A DNA stretch of 64,000 bases from Perkinsela sp. CCAP 1560/9 (lineage: Eukaryota; Protista; Euglenozoa: Kinetoplastea): contig CBFFSA010000011.1 of the NCBI GenBank assembly GCA_965644495.1, positions 124,001 to 188,000 of the forward strand, written 5' to 3'. The position numbers were made by a program, and so were the translations under genes. The notes below the pieces were generated by a model that worked only from the letters and a program-made list of their open reading frames with translations, did no database searches and was not told the origin of the DNA. This document shows, in pieces, positions 58,911 to 64,000 of this stretch (position 1 is the stretch's first letter; each line of letters begins with the position of its first letter).

Positions 58911-59944
58911 GGTGGCGTTAGCACATTTACAATGCATATTAACTGCACGTTTATAATGCATACTAAGCGGCACATTCAAATGCATATAGCACATTCACAT
59001 GCATAACAGCACATTCACATGCATAACAGCACATTCACATGCATAACAGCACATTCACATGCATAACAGCACATTCACATGCATACTAAGCGGTACTTTC
59101 ACTTGCATAAATCCGGCACATTCACATGCATAACAGTACATTCACATGCATAATGCACGTTCACATGCATACTAAGCGGTACATTCACTTGCATAAATCT
59201 GGCACATTCACATGCATATAGCACACTCACATGCATAACAGCACATTCAAATTAAAAAAAAAATAGGTACAGATTTCAACTTTTTCCAAAAGTTCGTGCG
59301 AGGTACTATGGGAGCTCACCTTTGCTCCCGGTGAGTCCCCGGAGTTGCGAGAGGCCTCCATACCCCGCAACTACCTCCTTCCCCCAGATAAATGGGGGGA
59401 AGATGGTAGTTGTTTTGGGGGAAATGAGAGGCCGAACACACGGAGGGGCCGGCCGGGCCACAGAGCCACGTGAAAGTGTGACACCCAAAAACTAAACCTA
59501 AATATTGTTTACCCGTCTGCAAAACAGAACCGTGAAATGCCACGTATAGATTGTTGGCCGAGGTACCTAATAAGTTCACCTTTGCTTCCGGTGAGGCCAC
59601 GGAGTTGCGTGAAGGCCTCCATACCCCACAACTACCACCTTCCCCCCCTATTTAGCGGGGGTCGCGCGAGCCTGTAATATCTACACGTTTTTTCTTGTCT
59701 ACACCTGAGCCTGAAATATCTACACGTTTTTCGGATTTTGTGATTAAAAGGGAAGAATGAACAAAATTGAGAAATATGCATGTGAATGTGCTATGTGCAC
59801 TATCAATGTGCTACATGCATGTGAATGTGCTGTTACGCATGTGAATGTGCCGCTTAGTATGCATTATCAATGTGCAGTAAATATGCATTTGGGTGTGCTA
59901 TATGCATGTGAATGTGCTGTTATGCCTATGAATGTGCTTTAACG
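58911..59944. mobile_element. Non-autonomous element with inverted 20-bp repeat arrays enclosing hairpin-module copies
   Basis: Left end GGTGGCGTTAGCACATT; GCACATTCACATGCATAACA repeats 58920-59250, inverted at 59775-59938; right terminus replaced at TAACG. Confidence 0.75.
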
Positions 59945-62860
59945 ATAAAGATACAGTTTCTGTACCTTCTTGTTGTTTATATTTATGTTTCTTTTATATT
60001 CTCTATAGAAAATACATGCGTCTGTAGCCCCTAACATGGCAAGCTCAGACGTTCCTACTCGAGCCGCACGTGGTGATAGGCACATCCGTTTACGTCGCAC
60101 GAACCGTACAGCTTGGAGCTACTTCCGCAGCATCAAAGCCGCCGCTAACAGTGACGTGGTTCGCGAAATATACAAGAACCCGGATACCGCGCGTGCTTTA
60201 ATCGCCAGAGCGTTCGACCAAAACAAGCCGGTCAAGGGCCTTATTATAGAATCTTTCAGTCTACCTCCGCAATATCGGACCCGACGTGCTGGCTCTACCG
60301 ATCAACGGACATACCACCAGACCATGGCCGACATGCACGAACTCCTGTTTGCCCCCACTTATGCCCGCCCGTACACCCTATCACGCGAGCTATCTGCACG
60401 TTGGGATAGCGCAGGAAGAGCCACTCTGCACGAGTTCGAAGTACAAGTTTGAAGTACACAACTCGGAACCGACGTCCCAGGATATGGTGAGTCCAACGCC
60501 ACAAATGAAGCCCAACAAACGCCAGATACGAACCCCCGCCAGGAATGCGGACACATATGTAGGGATAAACGTAATTGCGCCCACGACTGCTGCAAACGTC
60601 ATTTGCAGCCTCTAGATAGCGAACCAACACGAATTGAGACCTCCCAACGCAATTCGGCAACTACGCACCGCTTCCCCCCCACTTGCACGGTCACGCTCCT
60701 CCCCTGGGCCACGCTCTAACCCTCCGGACATAGCTTCCTCTACCCTAAATCAGAACCCTATCACACAAGAGTGCAAGCACGCCTGTAAAGATAAACTTCA
60801 TTGTTTACATCCTTGCTGCAAACGCCATCTGCCCATGACCACATCTCACCCGAACCCCGTTGCACAGGAAACGGGAAGTCCCACGGTGCCTCCTTCGCTA
60901 CCACCCCCTCTCCCAGTTCCACTGAAGCTAACGCCTGCCCCACGTAAACACGTATGTAAAGACAAACTGCTGTGCGCTCACCTGTGCTGTAAGAGACACT
61001 TACAGACAACGTCCTCGACTCAATTTGAACGGACAGAGAGTGAATCATTGGGTAATATGCCCCCTCGACGGCTGGTCAGCCGAACAGGACACAGTCAGGA
61101 CCCTGTCAACACGACCCGGCGAAGATCCCTCTCATCCGCGGTAAGTTCTGACATTGGTCTGCTTGCACGGACCACATACCGTGCAGCGCAGGAACTGTAT
61201 CTCCTTCCTCCACCACCCATAACACAGCAAGGTGAATGCGGACATAAATGTCATAACAAAACAGAGTGTCTCCACTCGTGTTGCAAGCGGCATTTACGAC
61301 CCCAGAGCCAGACTGAAACAGAACCAGACATCAGCCACAACCAATCGGAGCGCATTGACAACAACCCTGGACATGCCGAAAACAGTCAACAATCTCCAAA
61401 TGAAGAATTACCCGATATAGCGCCTGCTCAACATGGGGAAACGGTAGGGCATAATGAAAGTACACAACCACAAGGAAATACCGAAGTCGATTCCGACAAC
61501 GCCCAAAGCTGTAATCACCGCTGCGCGAACAGGTTCACGTGCAAACACGCTTGCTGTAAAAGAAATCTCAACCTTCCTGAATCTAAGAGTGCACTATTGG
61601 CTGCGGCTTCAGGTCTTAGGGGGTCGCGCATGAATCTTAAACTGACCCACGCCGTCTGGGAGTTAGCTGACAAGCTCAGCAATGAACTATTCCAACGATA
61701 CAAAGAACAAAATATTTGTAGCGCAACCGCAGCGGAAGACAACATCGCTACCCTCACGGCGTGTATAGTGGTTAGCTGCGCCGTAGCAGCAACCAGAGAA
61801 CATGGGGATCGCGGTGTCACAATTCGCTCTACAGCACCCCCTCAACGACTACACCGCCGACCCACATCGAATGAAAATGCTTGCAAGCACCTCCGAACCG
61901 AAACGAAGTTGCTCAGAGGAAAAGAACGCCACGCACCACGCGATACCCGTGTACAATTACATCGACAGGCCCGCAACGCTGAGGTTCTCGTCTCAAAATT
62001 CGCCAATGAAGCAGAACTTCTAGAAATACGGCGAGAGCAGAAGGAAGCAACCCTGCGCTTCTCGAAAAACGCATGGGCTGCAGCCACGGAAACATTAGAA
62101 AGACCGACTGACACTTCGTCCACACACCCGTACCCAACGTGCGAAACATTTGAGGTCGTAGAACACTTCTCAAAAATACTGCAACCACCTCTCTCTACCG
62201 CTAACCTACCAGACGAATCACAACTAACCAGCCAAAAGTGAACCCTCAAACCTGGGATGACATAACCCCTCAAGAGGTCACGCGCTTCCCTAGCGCGAAG
62301 AAATCATCCTCCGCTCCGGTACGAGACGCCATTCAAAACACATCACTGAAAAAGCTGAAGTCGCTGCACGAAGGAATTGCGAAATACTTCAATGACCTAT
62401 TACGTTGGAATGTCTGTCCAAAGGAGTGGAAAGCAGCAGTGGTCAAGCTCTTGCACAAGGGGGGGAACCGAATTCTCCGCAGAACTGGCGGCCGATAGCC
62501 CTAACATCGTGCCTCGGGAAACTACTACATACAATCATCGCCGCGAGAATAACTGAATACGCCACCACGGAAGGCATTATGGACACAACTATACAGAAAG
62601 GCTTCTTACCAAAGCTAGCCGGGTGTGTTGAACACACCGCTGCACTCAGTCACTGCATCCGGCACCCAAAGAAGAATCGTAAGCCTCTCTGTATGGTTCA
62701 ATACGACCTGGCAAACGCCTTCGGTTCCGTCCCACATGAAATAATTATCGCAGTACTAAAAAGGGCGCATATCGACCCAGTTATTATCCATTACATCCGA
62801 AAGCTCTATGAGAATGCAGAAATACAGCTCAAGCTGGAATCCGGACTTACAGAATCAATC
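59940..62860 (+). mobile_element. SL-headed R2-group (NeSL/Hero-like) non-LTR retrotransposon, degraded, interrupted within RT
   Basis: SL-like 59940-59972; five Cys/His repeats; RT motifs NWRPIALTSCLGKL, QKGFLPKLAGCVEH, DLANAFGSVPH. Confidence 0.8.
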
Positions 62861-62861
62861 G

Positions 62862-64000
62862 TTAACCAATCGTTGAATCCTTTTTCTCTTTTCTACCTCT
62901 ACTCTCTCTCTCCCCGGCGCAAGCCCATGACCAGACGTCGGCGTGGCCACCGGGGATCCAAGGATTCCGATACTGGGATTAACACCCCATCATCCTCGAC
63001 CTCAGGTAGACCTGCTACCACCCCTCTCAGGCGAGGCTCCAGCCCCCACCCCTCCGTAGAGGTGGAGGGGCTGCGCCAGCTCTCCATCGAGGAGCTGAAG
63101 AAGGCGAGCCCGGACTTGGTCGTCCGGGTCAAGGAGCAGCACAAGTCATGTGCCTGCGACTTCTGTGGCCTCCCTTTCGTGCCAACCAGGCGGGACAACC
63201 GCCTGTGTGAGGAGTGCGTTACCCTGCGCTCTCGGCACAGGAACGACGTTAGAGTGCGTGCCTCGACGCAAGCCTCAGGGACCCCTCCACCCAGTCCCAC
63301 GTCTTCCTCTCGATCCTCCCGAGCCAACTCCACAGCCCGCAGGATCCCACGTTCTTCTTCCTCTCGGGGGAGATCCCGGAGCTTTGACCGTACATTTACT
63401 ACGGTCGCCCCCACCCCTATCCTGAGGAAAGCAGCCAACGTTTCCTTCGCTCCTCTCCCCACCCCCGACAGTCGGAGCACGTCATACGCCCGCATCTCGA
63501 CGCCTGGCCTGGCGACCGCCCCCTCCCCCGATCACGTCGGACGCGATGTACAGCGACGCCCCCGCCCCGACGGAGCGTCCGCTGAAACTCCCCACGCTGG
63601 CGCAACAATTCAAGGAGATGGACGCTGTGCGCTTCAAACTCCTTCCCTCCCCTTCTAGCTCGGGGCTCCCTCTAGCCCAAACTGGAAGATGATCTGTCTC
63701 TCTGCGTCTCCTCTCGGCCCTACACGCGGAGCACGAGAGGATCTCCCTTGAGGAAATGGAGGCCCGGGCACGCCGTAAGCTGACCCTGGAGGCTGTCAGT
63801 GGTCTGCACGCGGCCCAGAAAGCCATCGAGGATCGCTTTCTTCTGATCAATGCGGGCCATTTGGTCTGCATTGAATGTGGGGTAGCCCAACTCCACCATG
63901 TAGCCCTACAGGCGCACCTAGTAAAGGTGCACGGTCCCAAGTGGCTAAGGAAAGCATATATTGCCCTGCTAAAGGAGCATGCCCCGGAAGCCCTCCTGAT
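62862..64000 (+). mobile_element. 5' part of a second element (CRE/SLACS-like?) inserted in the RT; ORF from ATG 62927
   Basis: Abrupt end of RT similarity, pyrimidine tract, CDFC..CEEC knuckle, then a C2H2 finger CIEC-x12-HLVKVH in a shifted frame. Confidence 0.5.

Noticed and set aside
62405-63658. 417-aa ORF as a single gene
   Set aside because: Chance in-frame fusion of the RT fragment with a second element starting at ~62862.

Overview
Eukaryotic nuclear DNA from a kinetoplastid. Support: a clear MERS1 orthologue, a 7SL RNA gene head-to-head with tRNA-Lys, spliced-leader (SL) exon relics, VIPER/TATE-type retroelements, and intronless host genes all on the + strand. The LRR family suggests a Perkinsela-like lineage (inference). 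Positions 1-41 kb are mostly deeply nested mobile elements around a Pol III island (7SL, tRNA-Lys, -Ala, -Gln, -iMet). These include APE-RT-RNase H LINEs, two tyrosine-recombinase retroelements, Tc1/IS630-type transposons (DD35E, DD32E and an intact 721-aa DD51E), a split hAT transposase, Merlin-like remnants, 9-bp-TSD elements with ~20-bp subterminal repeats, many MITEs and a 225-bp hairpin tandem array. Positions 41-58 kb carry a directional gene cluster: Tma46/DFRP1-like, MERS1, a small hypothetical protein and four LRR genes or pseudogenes. Positions 59.9-64 kb hold two R2/CRE-type non-LTR elements. Most notable: insertions that begin with an intron-less SL exon copy (one at an SL-like target site), a five-fold Cys/His module in the SL-headed retroelement, and several DNA-transposon superfamilies in a group classically considered nearly free of them. 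All coordinates were read by eye.
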